A stretch of 62,131 nt of DNA from an uncultured Saprospiraceae bacterium (GTDB lineage Bacteria; Bacteroidota; Bacteroidia; Chitinophagales; Saprospiraceae): contig CAYXSA010000012.1 of the NCBI GenBank assembly GCA_964467315.1, positions 1 through 62,131 of the forward strand. Reading direction: 5' to 3'. The notes beneath the pieces are model-generated. The model worked only from the letters and a program-made list of their open reading frames with translations. It had not been told where the DNA came from and searched no databases. Below, one piece after another: positions 9,369 to 21,000 of this stretch. The number at the start of each line of letters is the position of its first letter. Within the stretch, counting starts at the first letter, position 1. Position numbers and translations under genes: made by a program.

Positions 9369-10499
9369 TTAGCTACCCGAAAGCAAATGAAGATAATTTT
9401 GGGTTTCGGCGCTTTCCGTGTACTGTATCTGTATTTTTCGGCGCAAAGCTGCCCCCATCGCTTGTAGTTGCTCGCTACTCGCAGACAAAAAGTGGCGCAA
9501 AGCCTGCAAAAGCTCCCGCCCCTCATTGGCGGCAAACAAAAAAGCGTCTACCTCATTTTCGAGTACATCGCGCATTCCCGCGACCTTACTCGCCAAAAAA
9601 GGCAGACCCAAGCCACCCGCCTCCAGCAAAACATTCGGCATCCCGTCGTAAAAGGAAGGTATCGCCACCACATCGCAAGCCGCATAATAGCCCATAAGCT
9701 CGTATCTATCCAAAAAAGGCAGCGAAGTATACGATACACCGCAAGCGGCAAGCGTATCGCCTACGCCCGTTTCCTCCAATTCGCCCACTACGAGCAAATG
9801 CAAACCCTCGCGCTCATCCTCGCTTAGTCGGGCTATAGTTTGCAGAAAAAACTGTATCCCTTTTTTTGCCTTCAACTGACCGAAAAGCCCGATAACGCGG
9901 CGATTTGGCGCGTTTTCCTTGCGCCAATTTTGGGCGCGGCGCAGGTCGCTGGGTAGCAGTCGCCAACTCTGCAAGTCGATGCCGTTGGGCGTGAAGGCAG
10001 TAGATAGTTTCGGAAAAAGTCGACGCAGCCATTCGGCTTTATCGCTGCTTACGGCGGCGACATGGGCAGCATTTTCTATCGCATAAAATAAGGCGCTACG
10101 CCGCTGCGGCGAATACAGCGCCGCGTCCCAATCATTGCCGCGCAGCAGCACAAGGAGCGGCAAACTATAGTATTTTGCCCAAAGCGGGGCAGCCAATACG
10201 GGCAGATTACCGCCAAAGGCGACTATATGCGTATACCTCGGCGCTCTGCCGCTTTCTATCTCTTGGCTCAAATGCAGCCAAGCGAGATTTAGGGTATGTT
10301 CGGCGCTCTCTTGGAGGGTAACGGCGGTATAACTACCATTTTCGCAGGGCTGGCGGCGTAGCTCGGCGGCGCGGTTGCAAAAGTGTAAGAGGTGTACGCT
10401 CACACCCGCAGCGCGCAGATTGGCAACGATGCGGTCGCAAGATTGAGCCATGCCGCCGCGATTGGGTGGATAGTTTTCGGTGAGCCAAAGCAAGTGCAT
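9369..10499 (-). CDS. Glycosyltransferase family 4 (GT-B, group 1)
   Basis: N-terminus MHLLWLTENYPPNRGGMAQ and C-terminal EAGGLGLPFLASKVAGMRDVL, typical of Glycos_transf_1. Confidence 0.8.
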   Translation of the reverse strand: MHLLWLTENYPPNRGGMAQSCDRIVANLRAAGVSVHLLHFCNRAAELRRQPCENGSYTAVTLQESAEHTLNLAWLHLSQEIESGRAPRYTHIVAFGGNLPVLAAPLWAKYYSLPLLVLLRGNDWDAALYSPQRRSALFYAIENAAHVAAVSSDKAEWLRRLFPKLSTAFTPNGIDLQSWRLLPSDLRRAQNWRKENAPNRRVIGLFGQLKAKKGIQFFLQTIARLSEDEREGLHLLVVGELEETGVGDTLAACGVSYTSLPFLDRYELMGYYAACDVVAIPSFYDGMPNVLLEAGGLGLPFLASKVAGMRDVLENEVDAFLFAANEGRELLQALRHFLSASSEQLQAMGAALRRKIQIQYTESAETQNYLHLLSGS

Positions 10500-10525
10500 A
10501 AGGGCGGAAAGTCTGCGATAAAAAT

Positions 10526-10942
10526 TTAACTATCGAAAAGGTTGCCTACTTTGCTATCGTCGTCGAAGTCGTCGCGTTGGGCTTCGCGCTCAAAATTGCT
10601 GTACTCGTCGTCGTCGAAAGGGCGGTGATTGGTGCTATTGAAAAAGCGATGCCGCTCATGAAAATACCAATAGTCGTAATCATGCCGAGAGGAGTCGGGT
10701 TTTAGGTTTTCGGTTTGGTGGCGGGAGCGCTTGCGTAGTGCATCTTGTCGGGAGTAGCATTCTACACAAACGACCAATTCCGAGCCGCTTGCTTGGGCTA
10801 CTTCCCTCGTAAAATGACGCTCACAGACTTGCTTGCCGCATTCGCTACATTGGGCGGCAATGGTTTTGCCGCAAGCATGCAGCACGAAAAAGCCTGTATG
10901 CACTTGGCAGCCGCTGAGGCTTTCGCTATGTGGATTTTCCAT
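10526..10942 (-). CDS. Hypothetical Cys-rich (zinc-ribbon-like) protein with an acidic, Tyr-rich C-terminus
   Basis: CxxC pairs (CSECGKQVC, CVEC); no family recognised; the codon usage looks genomic. Confidence 0.45.
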   Translation of the reverse strand: MENPHSESLSGCQVHTGFFVLHACGKTIAAQCSECGKQVCERHFTREVAQASGSELVVCVECYSRQDALRKRSRHQTENLKPDSSRHDYDYWYFHERHRFFNSTNHRPFDDDEYSNFEREAQRDDFDDDSKVGNLFDS

Positions 10943-11034
10943 AAATAGACCTATTTATTTTTTGCGAAAATAAGCAAAAAACAGCTTCGTAGTTGCTGCG
11001 TATTGCTTAGGCAAGCAAAAATAATAATTAAAAT

Positions 11035-11062
11035 GCAGCCCTGCTCCTTTGGCAGGGCTGCG
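11035..11062. terminator. GC hairpin abutting the inner end of repeat copy 11072-11158
   Basis: GCAGCCCTGCTCCTTTGGCAGGGCTGC. Confidence 0.5.
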
Positions 11063-11071
11063 CCAAGTTTT

Positions 11072-11158
11072 GCGTGAGGGATATGTAGAGCCGTAGCATG
11101 CTACGGCTCAAATAGCCCGACCGCCTGCCCTTTTTGGCAGGCGGGCACGCCCAAAAAA
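11072..11158 (-). repeat. Palindromic repeat family, R orientation, short form with the GAGCCGTAGCATGCTACGGCTC module
   Basis: GCGTGAGGGATATGTAGAGCCGTAGCATGCTACGGCTCAAATAGCCCGACC...GGGCACGCCCAAAAAA. Confidence 0.85.
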
Positions 11159-11172
11159 TAAAAAAAACGCCC

Positions 11173-11973
11173 TTATTTTGCCGCAGGTTTTTGCAAGATG
11201 CAATAAACGCAGGTCGTCAAAAAATTGCGCAAAAAGGGTATCGCGGCGAAAAAGCCCCATAAAAGTCGGGGGCGGAGGCGGAATTTTATTTCGTAATTTG
11301 GATTTATGAAGTATAATGTTTCGCGCTCCGTGCGGTAGCCTTCGCGTAGGGCGATGCGGCGAAAACGCTCGATGGAAATGCCTGTTTTTTTGAGTTCCAG
11401 CAATTCGTCAATAATGCCTTTTTGCTCGCCAAAAAGCCGCAAAACACCCCGATACATAAAGGCAGGCAGCAGATGAAAGTACGGCAATTTGCTCAAAAAT
11501 CGGCTCGCGCAAATCTGTTGATGCCCGCCAAAGGGCATATACCAGGGCGGAAAACCGAAAAATATGCGCCCATTCGGCTTCAAAAATTGCTGAATGTACT
11601 GCATAAAACGCTCCTGATTGTAGATGTGCTCTATCACATCGCGCAAAATAATAAGGTCGAATGTACCGCCAACCTCTTCGGGCTGGGTCAAATAAATATC
11701 GCGCGCAACAAATAAAACGGGCTTATCGGGGTAAGTTTCGCCCATGTATTCATGTGCTTTGGCGATTTGGTCGCTGTTGAGGTCTACGCCTACGACATGG
11801 CAACCTCTATCAATGAAAGGCACAAGGTTTCCGCCTTCGCCGCAGCCGACTTCGAGGATACGCGTGTTGGCATCAAGGGGCATGACCTGCTCCAAATAAG
11901 GAATGACGTATTTTTCGGTGGTAACGCCTTGTTCGCGGAAGTATATTTTGCGGTCTACGTGTCGCTCTTGCAT
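11173..11973 (-). CDS. Class I SAM-dependent methyltransferase
   Basis: Motif I ILEVGCGEGGNL and downstream VVGVDLN. Confidence 0.8.
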   Translation of the reverse strand: MQERHVDRKIYFREQGVTTEKYVIPYLEQVMPLDANTRILEVGCGEGGNLVPFIDRGCHVVGVDLNSDQIAKAHEYMGETYPDKPVLFVARDIYLTQPEEVGGTFDLIILRDVIEHIYNQERFMQYIQQFLKPNGRIFFGFPPWYMPFGGHQQICASRFLSKLPYFHLLPAFMYRGVLRLFGEQKGIIDELLELKKTGISIERFRRIALREGYRTERETLYFINPNYEIKFRLRPRLLWGFFAAIPFLRNFLTTCVYCILQKPAAK

Positions 11974-13298
11974 GATGGAAAATGAGGCGGGCGGCGGGGA
12001 ATTTGCAGGTAAAAGGTTGTGCCTTCGCCGAGTTTGCTAGTGAAATGAATCGAGCCCTGCAGCAGTTCTACATATCGCTGTACGATATTCAGACCTAAGC
12101 CCGTGCCTTGTATATTGATGGCGTTTTGGGCGCGAAAAAATCTTTCAAAGAGATGTGGTTGCTCGCTTTCGGCGATACCTATGCCTTCGTCGCGTATGCT
12201 GATGAAGAGGTTAGTATCGTCGAGTTTGGAGCAGATATGGACGTTTTTGCCGTCCTCAGAGTATTTTAGCGCATTGGAAACGAGATTGATGAGTATATTT
12301 TTCAGAAAATGCGGGTCGAGCTCTATCAGGCAGTCTTCGGGGTGCTGATTGTCGTAAATAATTTGCTGCGAGGCTTTTGCGTACACGCCCATTTCTTCTA
12401 CGACCTCTTCGATGAGTTCGCTGGGGTTGGCTTCTATGATTTTAGCGTCGACTTTGCCTTCTTCGAGGCGCGAGAGCGATAAGAAATCGTTGAGAATGCC
12501 CGTGAGATTGCTCACAGCAAGTTTGATGCGTTGTATATGTTTGGCTTGCTGTGGGTAGGCTTCTGTTTTTTGGGCGTAGCGGTCGACGAGTGCGGTAGAA
12601 GACAGAATAGTGCTTAGGGGGGTGCGGAACTCGTGCGAGGCAGTGGAAACGAAGCGCGATTTTAGTTCGCCCAGCTCCCGTTCTATTTCTAAGGCTTTTT
12701 CTACTTCTTTTTGCGATTTGAGTAGGGCTTCTTCGGCGGCTTTTCGCTCCGATATTTCGCTCTGTAGGCTTTGGTTGGTCGTGAGGAGCTGGTTGACGAC
12801 TTGGGCGAGTTTTTCGGTGCGTTCGTGTATGCGGGCTTCGAGTTTGGCGTTGAGTTGTATGATTTCTTGTTCTGCTTCCTTTTGTTTGGTGATGTCGTGT
12901 ATGATGCCTGCAAAAAGGCGCATATTGGCTACATTCATCACCTCGCTCACCGCCAAACGAAAGGGGAACATCGTACCGTCTTTTCGTAGCCCCCAGACCT
13001 CGCGCCCTATGCCAATGATGCGTTTTTGTCCTGTGTGGGTGTAGTTGTTGATATAGCCGTCGTGTCGGGCTGCATCATTGGGCGGCATGAGAATGCTAAC
13101 GTTTTTGCCGATAAGCTCCTCTTTGCTGTAGCCGAAAAGCTGCAATACAGCAGGGTTGAGCAGTTGCATAATGCCGCGCTGGTCGATGATAATCATGCCG
13201 TCTACGGCAGTATGGAAAAGTGCGTCGAGCAGCGTTTCGTAAGTGGCAATCATTTTCGGAGGTAGAGCGGTGAAGTAGCGAGGGTATGCGGTTGACAA
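11955..13298 (-). CDS. PAS-domain sensor histidine kinase
   Basis: PAS region (DGMIIIDQRGIMQ...), coiled-coil linker, H-box HEFRTPL, HATPase_c motifs (DEGIGI, GTGLGL). Confidence 0.85.
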   Translation of the reverse strand: MSTAYPRYFTALPPKMIATYETLLDALFHTAVDGMIIIDQRGIMQLLNPAVLQLFGYSKEELIGKNVSILMPPNDAARHDGYINNYTHTGQKRIIGIGREVWGLRKDGTMFPFRLAVSEVMNVANMRLFAGIIHDITKQKEAEQEIIQLNAKLEARIHERTEKLAQVVNQLLTTNQSLQSEISERKAAEEALLKSQKEVEKALEIERELGELKSRFVSTASHEFRTPLSTILSSTALVDRYAQKTEAYPQQAKHIQRIKLAVSNLTGILNDFLSLSRLEEGKVDAKIIEANPSELIEEVVEEMGVYAKASQQIIYDNQHPEDCLIELDPHFLKNILINLVSNALKYSEDGKNVHICSKLDDTNLFISIRDEGIGIAESEQPHLFERFFRAQNAINIQGTGLGLNIVQRYVELLQGSIHFTSKLGEGTTFYLQIPRRPPHFPSCKSDT

Positions 13299-13424
13299 AA
13301 GTCATTCTCAAGACTAACCGCAAATATATAGCTTCGCCCCCAATTCCGCTTATTTTTGCTTCACAGAAATATAATTCCCCCACCTGCACGCTTTGCGATG
13401 GCACGAACCGTAGACGACGAGCGC

Positions 13425-13685
13425 ATGAAACAAATCCAGATATTTGGTGTCGGTTGCGCCAAGTACCGCACTTTGTTGGATAATCTACGCCAAGCGCTCG
13501 CAGCCCTACGACTCGATTTGCGAGTAGAAGAATTGGACGATATACAGCTTTTTTTCGACAAAAATATAACAGAAGTCCCCACTTTGATGGTCGACGGCAA
13601 AATTCTCTGTAAAGGCGAAGCGCCCAGCATCGAGCGCCTTGTGGCTATACTATACAAGGAAGAACAGGCAGCAAGGGGGAAGTAG
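13425..13685 (+). CDS. Small thioredoxin-fold protein (redox-active disulfide protein 2-like)
   Basis: MKQIQIFGVGCAKYRTLLDN...VPTLMVDGKILCKG; the ORF has an unlikely 23-aa 5' extension. Confidence 0.55.
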   Translation: MKQIQIFGVGCAKYRTLLDNLRQALAALRLDLRVEELDDIQLFFDKNITEVPTLMVDGKILCKGEAPSIERLVAILYKEEQAARGK

Positions 13686-13768
13686 GTTTTTCGCTTTTTT
13701 TCTGCCTCTTATTTGCTATCAATCTCGTACCTTTGCCTTGCTGCCCACTCAATCGGGCGGCATTTTTT

Positions 13769-14392
13769 ATGATAGCATACATCAAAGGCACGCTCGCCTA
13801 CAAAGGGCGCACGCTCGTCATACTCGAAACGGCGCAGGGACTGGGCTACGAAATAGAAATTTCGCTCGCCACCTACAACAAACTCCCCAACACAGGCGAG
13901 GCGACGCAAATTTTTACGCATTTGCAAATACGCGAAGACGCGCACACACTCTACGGCTTCGCCGAGATGGAAGAAAAAGAAATGTTTTTGCATCTTACCT
14001 CCGTTTCGGGTGTGGGCAGCAATACCGCGCGCGTGCTGCTTTCCGCCCTCTCTCCCGCCGAAATCCGCAGTGCCGTCATCGCCGAAAAAGATAGCATCTT
14101 GCGCAATGCCAAAGGCATCGGACCCAAAAACGCCAAACGCATCGTCCTCGAACTGAAAGACAAATTTCTCAAAGATAGCGGCGCAGACAGCGAAAGCATC
14201 GCGCAGACTTTGAGCGTAGGCGGCGGTACGATGGCGGATAATTTGGCGCGTGAAGAAGCGTTAGCCGCCCTCGTTGCGTTAGGCTTCAATAAGATACAAG
14301 TCCAAAAGACGCTCAATCAGATTTTGCGCGAAAATAGTAGCATCAACGATGCGGGCGAACTAATAAAACGCGCCCTCGCCCAACTAACATAG
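13769..14392 (+). CDS. ruvA: Holliday junction branch-migration protein RuvA
   Basis: MIAYIKGTL...ILETAQGLGYEI..., HhH region, C-terminal domain; about 207 aa. Confidence 0.9.
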   Translation: MIAYIKGTLAYKGRTLVILETAQGLGYEIEISLATYNKLPNTGEATQIFTHLQIREDAHTLYGFAEMEEKEMFLHLTSVSGVGSNTARVLLSALSPAEIRSAVIAEKDSILRNAKGIGPKNAKRIVLELKDKFLKDSGADSESIAQTLSVGGGTMADNLAREEALAALVALGFNKIQVQKTLNQILRENSSINDAGELIKRALAQLT

Positions 14393-14587
14393 CGCAAATT
14401 GCAGTTTACAAGCGGGCTTGCTATTCTCATCACCACCGCTACCACCGATTTTATCGAATATACATCTCTACACGCACCGCTCTCCCTGCTTACACGATGC
14501 CGCTGCCGCGCAAAATTATTGCCATTTCGCCCACTCCGCGTATGCGAGTAGCGCGGAATTTTCTTAATTTTGCCCTTCGCGCCGCCC

Positions 14588-14620
14588 CATCATGTCAAGG
14601 AGAGTGGGGCGTTTTTTTAT
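14588..14620 (+). terminator. Rho-independent terminator after ruvA
   Basis: CCCCATCATGTCAAGGAGAGTGGGGCGTTTTTTT. Confidence 0.6.
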
Positions 14621-14752
14621 TTTTGGGCGTGCCCCCGCGCACCCCCCCGCCCGCTACGCGGGCTTCCCCCCTTAAAAGGGGGGAGCCATGCGCGGGGTCG
14701 GGCTATTCGTTGCAGCCCCGCTACGCGGCGCTTCCACTGCTATCCCTCACGC
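14621..14752 (+). repeat. Palindromic repeat family, F orientation; 'empty' pair with 14806-15020, spacer about 53 bp
   Basis: TTTTTGGGCGTGCCCCCGCGC...GGGTCGGGCTATTCG...CTATCCCTCACGC. Confidence 0.85.
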
Positions 14753-14805
14753 AACAAGCGCAGTCTGAAAATCTGCGTTTGCCGCTCCCGTAGGGGCTGC
14801 CCGTT

Positions 14806-15020
14806 TGCGTGAGGGATAGGAGCGGCGGGCGTGTAGCGCCCGTACCGAGCCGCATAGGTAGGGGCGAATAAACATTCGCCCCCGCCGCGATAGCGGCGGC
14901 AATGCGGCTCGGTATAAAACCGCGTATAGCCCGACCCCGCCGCGTGTAGAGCCGCAATTTATTGCGGCTCCTGCCCGCGTCCTTTGCGCGGGCAGACGCG
15001 GCGGGGGCACGCTCAAAAAA
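14806..15020 (-). repeat. Palindromic repeat family, R orientation, long multi-module copy
   Basis: GCGTGAGGGATAGGAGCGGCGG...TAGGGGCGAATAAACATTCGCCCCC...ATAGCCCGACCCCGCCGCG...GGGGCACGCtCAAAAAAA. Confidence 0.85.
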
Positions 15021-15078
15021 ACAAAAAATAAAAAAAAATACCCCTTTTTGAAAAAGTACACAAGGTCAACAACATAGT

Positions 15079-18000
15079 ATGCTTCGGAGTTTGATTGTTT
15101 TTTCGTTTTTTTCGCTGCTGCTCGTGCTTAGCAGCACAAAAACGGCGCAGGCTGCTGGCGGCGGCGCTACTTTGCGCGACCCGTACCAAGATTTTTTTGG
15201 GACTCAAGATAGTTTACCTCCTATCGAGCCGCGATTTGGCGACGGTCTGACCGACCCGCGTACCAACCCTTTCGACCTGAAAGACCCGAAAATTATCACG
15301 GAAGAAACGGAGTACGACCCCGTAACCAATACTTTTATCGTCAAAGAGCAGTGGGACGGCAAAAACTCCTTCCGCGCGCCCAGCGTCTATACTTTCGACG
15401 AGTATTTCCGCCTGCGCAACGAGCAAGAAGACCGCCGCTATCTGCGGCAACTCACCCAACTCGGCAGAGCCAAAGCGGGCGATGATCCCATCGTGCCGTA
15501 TAAAGACCGCATTAGCAAAAATCTGGTCGATAGGCTTTTTTGCGGCAGCGAAATCAACGTGCGCCCGCAGGGAAATATCGACTTGACCTTCGGCGGCGAC
15601 TATCAAAAAATAGCCAACCCCATCCTCACGGAGCGCCAACAGCGACAGGGCGGTTTTGATTTTGATATGAACATACAACTGAACGTAGTCGGTACGATAG
15701 GGCAGAAGCTCAAACTCACCTTCAACTACAATACGCAGGCTACTTTCGACTTCGATAGACAGGTAAAAGTGCAGTATCTATCGGATACGGAATGCTCGGA
15801 AGACGACATTTTGAAGAAAATCGAAATGGGCAACGTTAGTTTTCCTTTGCGCTCTTCGCTTATCACGGGGCGGCAAAATCTATTCGGTTTTCGCACAGAT
15901 TGGCAGTTTGGGCGCTTGAAAATATCGACTGTAGCCTCTCAAAGCCAGACCCAGCGCAAGGAACTGCAGATACAAGGCGGGGCGCAGTTGCAAGATTTTA
16001 CGGTAACGGCGGATAGCTACGACGAAAATCGGCACTTTTTCCTCTCGCACTACAATCGTGGCGCGTATGAACCTGCTTTGCAGAATATGCCGCAGATAAA
16101 TTCGCTTTTCAACATTACGAAAATGGAAGTTTGGATAACGAACGACCGCAACGTAACGGAAGGCGTGCGCGATGTGGTCGCTTTTGCCGACTTGGGCGAA
16201 ACCGACCCCGCCGTGATGCTGGATAATACTCGACTTGTCGGCGCTACCGAATTGGGCGCGGATTTGTTTGGTAAGCGCTTGCCCGACCGCAACGCCAATA
16301 GATTGTATGCCGACTTGCTGGCAAGTTCGGGTGCACGCGGCTTACCTACCTGTGTCAATACGCTGCAAGGCAGTTTCGGTATGTCCGACGGCGAAGATTT
16401 CTCGAAGGTGCGCGCTCGCAAGCTCGCGCCAACGGAGTATACTTTTCACCCGCAACTTGGCTTCGTATCGCTCAACGTACAGGTAAAGCCTACCGATGTT
16501 ATCGGGGTGGCTTATCAGTATACTTACAATGGCAAGACTTACCAAGTCGGCGAGTTTGCTCAAGACCTACCGCTGGACTCCGATACGCTCAATGTGATGT
16601 ATCTGAAAATGCTGAAAGGCGTGCGCATACGCGTAGATTTGCCTATTTGGGATTTGATGATGAAAAACGTCTACTCGCTCGGCGCGTATCAGGTAAATCC
16701 TGAAGATTTTAGATTGGATATCTCGTATCAAGACCCTGGTGGCGGGACGAAGCGATTTTTGCCCGATGGCCCCTTGGCGAGCATTCCGCTGCTTACGATG
16801 TTCAACCTCGATAAGCTCAACCGCGCTTTAGACCCGATGCAAGACGGGCAATTTGACTTTGTGCCTGGAGTAACGATTTTGCCTGCAAATGGGCGTATCA
16901 TTTTTCCTGTTTTGGAGCCTTTTGGGGCGCATCTGGAGCGGCAATTCCGCACAGACCCCAACAACCCGAATACGGTGCACCCGCTTTCGCGCAAGTACGT
17001 GTACAATCAGTTGTATGACTCTACGATAACGATAGCGCGGCAGTTTCCAGAGCTTAACCGCTTTGTGATAAAGGGGCGCTATAAGTCGAGCGTATCTTCG
17101 GAAATTTCTTTGGGCGGTTTTAATATTCCGCGCGGTTCGGTGGTGGTTTCGGCGGGTGGCGCTACCCTCGTAGAGGGCACAGACTATACTATAGACTATA
17201 ATCTGGGTCGCATCAAAATTATCAACGAATCTTATCTAAACTCTGGGCAGCCGATACGGGTTGCGTTTGAAGATAATTCGCAATTCGGTTTTAATCGGCA
17301 GTCGTTTTTTGGGACTCGCTTAGACTACTACATCAACGATAAATTCAATATCGGGGGCACGTTTTTGCATTTGCTGGAGCGTCCTTTCACGCAAAAAGTT
17401 AACTACGGCGAAGACCCCATGTCTAATAGCATCTATGGGTTTGACATACAGTACAGCAGCGCCGCGCCTTGGTTGACGCGCTTGGTCGATAAGCTGCCGT
17501 TAATTAGCACCAAAGCGCCTTCTATGATTTCCTTTACGGGAGAGTTTGCGCATCTGATACCTGGTTCGCCGAAGGTTATCAATATGGGCACGGATGCAGG
17601 CGGTGGCGGTACGGTGTACATCGACGATTTCGAGGGCAGCGGGGCAAACTTTAACTTGAGTGTACCGAGCTTGAATTGGGTGCTGGCGAGTACGCCGCGC
17701 ACGCCGCTATTTCCCGAAGCAGAACTAAGCAACGATTGGGACTATAATAAAAACCGCTCTCGCCTATTTTGGTACATACTCGACCCTGACCTAAAAAATC
17801 GGGCAAATGTAGCCGCAGAAGACCGCGCTAGCGTCTATGTAAAGGATTTCCGCATCGATGAACTCTTCCGCAATTTGGAAGTTTTGGCAAATCAAAACAA
17901 CCTTTTGCGCACCTTCGATTTGGTGTATAAGCCTGCCGAACGCGGCCCCTATAATTTTAGCACCGACAACTTAGACCCCAATACGGGCAACTTCACCGAC

Positions 18001-21000
18001 CCACAAAAACGCTGGGGCGGTGTCATGCGCAGCCTGCAAAACAACGACTTCGAGGCGAATAATATCGAGTTTCTTGAAGTCTGGGTAATGAGCCCCTTCA
18101 AGGAAGGCAAAGGCGGCACAGGCGGCGAGCTATATATAGAGCTGGGCGATGTGTCGGAAGATATTTTGCGCGACTCTCGCCTATTTTTTGAACACGGGTT
18201 GGCAGATAGCACGACGGGACAGCGCACAGATACGACCATTTGGTCGCGCATACCGCGTGTGCAAGCCGTTACCAATGCTTTCGACAACGACCCCGAAATA
18301 CGCCGACTGCAAGACATTGGCTTAGACGGCTACAACGACGAAGGCGAGCGCGTAGCCTACCGCGACTATCTCGACCGCTTGGAAGCAGTCGTAGGCGCAA
18401 ATAGCCCCATCTATCAGGCAGCGCTTGCAGACCCCGCAGGCGACAATTTCCGCTATTTCCGCGATAGCTTTTTCGATGCCAACACACCACCAGCAGGCGT
18501 AAACCCTGTTGTTTGGCGCTACTCCCAATACAACAACGCTGAAGGCAACTCCTCACAAGAGCCAGATAATACCAATCAAACCCTATCCACCTCTACCAAT
18601 CAGCCCGATTCCGAAGACATCAACCGCGATAACACCCTCAACGAAGAAGAGGCGTTTTATCAATATCGCATTCCCATTCGCCCCGTTGGCGCAAATGGCG
18701 ACGAAATCGGTACTTCAGCCTTTATGACGGACTCCGTAGGCATCAATTACGAAGGCCCCAATGGCAACGAAACCGTTTATTTCTACCAGTACAAAATTCC
18801 TATCGACCAGTACACCAATGTCGTAGGCAATATGCAGGGCTTCCGCTCTATACGCTTTGCACGTATCTATATGACGGGCTTTGACGAGGAAACGATTTTG
18901 CGCTTCGCACGTCTTGACCTTATCCGCAATCAATGGCGGCGTTACCTGCGTCCGCTTGCTATGGCTGGCGTATACATACCAGGCGAAACCAGCAACGAAA
19001 CCTCTTTCGATGTCAACGCCGTCAACTACAACGAAAACTCACAAAAAATGCCTTTCCCCTATGTGCTGCCTCCAGGTGTAAACCGCGAGCAAGCCATAGG
19101 CACACTCGGCAACGCTCAACAAAACGAGCAAGCCATGCAAATCAACGTTTGCAACCTCCAAGACGGCGACGCGCGCGGTGCGTATAAGCTCGTAAATATG
19201 GATATGCGCGTATACAAACGCATAAAAATGTTCGTACACGCCGAAGACGTATTAGAGCGCGGTCTGCCCAACGACGCAGGCGACCTAACTATGTTTGTGC
19301 GTATCGGTAGCGACTTTGAACTAAATTACTACGAATACGAAATCCCTCTTACCATGTCCACAAATGTCGGCTCCAACAACGCCCTCGACATTTGGCTGGA
19401 AGAAAATAATATCGACTTTCCGCTGGAGTTGTTGCGCAATATCAAAATACGCCGCAACGCCGCAGGCGCATCGCTTGGCACTATCTACGAAGAAGTCGAC
19501 CCCGAAAAACCCAATAACTCCGTCCGCATCATTGGCAACCCCGAACTCGGCTTAGTCAAAGGTATGATGATAGGCGTGCGCAATCGCCGCGATGATGGTC
19601 TGGCGCGCTGCGTAGAAGTCTGGGTTAATGAACTCCGCCTAACAGGCTTCGACGAGCGCGGAGGCACTGCCGCACTCGGTAGACTCGATATGCAGCTTGC
19701 CGATTTCGGCAACGTAACCCTATCGGGCAGCTACAGAAGCATCGGCTTCGGTACTATAGAGCAACGCGTCAACCAGCGTAGCCGCGAACGTTTCATGCAA
19801 TACGATGCTACAGGCTCTTTTATGCTCGATAAATTCCTACCCAAAAAGTGGAAAATTCGCCTGCCCCTCTTCGCCCAATACTCCCAAGAAATCAGCACCC
19901 CCGAATACGACCCCTATCAACTCGATATTCCGCTGAAAGACCTCCTCGAAGCCACCTTAGACGGCAGAGAACGCGACTCCCTGCGAAAGCAAGCCCAAAC
20001 CACTCGCACTATCTCCAGCTTCAATTTTACCAATGTCCGAAAAGAACGCACCGCCAAACGCCCCGCCTTGCCTTTCGACATCTCCAATTTCAATTTTACC
20101 TACGCACAAAACCAAAATATAATTACCTCCCCGCTCATCGAGCGCGAAGAGCGTAAGGAAAACCGCGTGCTCATCGACTACACCTACGCCGTACCGATGC
20201 AGCCCATTATGCCCTTCAAAAAGCTCTTCAAAAAGCCCAATAAATGGCTCGCCCTTATCCAAGATTTCAACTTCCGCCCCTTGCCCAATACCGTCGGCGT
20301 GCGTAGCGAGATGATACGCCGTTTCGGTGAAACAAAATACCGCTTCGCCGATGACGCAAATAGCATCTGGTACGATAAAAAATTCACTTGGGATAGAAGC
20401 TATAATATGCAGTGGGACCTAACCCAAGCCCTAAAAATCAACTTTACCGCCACCAATAGCGGCATCGTCGATGAACCCTACGGACGCATAGACTCCCGCG
20501 CAAAACAAGATACCCTGCTCGAAAATCTCCAGAATTTCGGACGAAATAAAAACTACCAGCACAATCTCAACGTAGCCTACACGCTGCCCTTCAAAAAAAT
20601 CCCCATACTCGATTTTATCGAAGTCCGCGCCCAATACTCCGCAGGCTTCAATTGGACTGTCGCCAGCCTCAACACCGATTCACTCGGCAATATCATCGGC
20701 AATAAACAAAATCGACAAGTCAACGCCGATTTTGCCTTCGATAAACTCTACAACAAATCCCCCTTCCTCAAAAAAATCCTCACCCCCGCACCCCCAACCC
20801 CCGACAATAAAGGCGCTAAAGACGGCAAAAATCCGCCCCCGCCCAAACCTGAAGACAAAACCAAATCCGCCGACCCCAAAGACAAGGACAAAAAGGATAA
20901 AGAACCCTCCAAAGGTGTCCGCGCCTTCATTCGCCCCTTGCTCTTCATACAGCGCGCGCGTATCACGTATACGGAAGATTTTACGACCGTCCTACCAGGC

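Noticed and set aside
14761-14805. An AATCTGCGTTT 11-mer in the spacer of the 14621/14806 empty pair that matches the core of the 47-bp array unit
   Set aside because: A single 11-nt match is within chance expectation. No further similarity extends either side.
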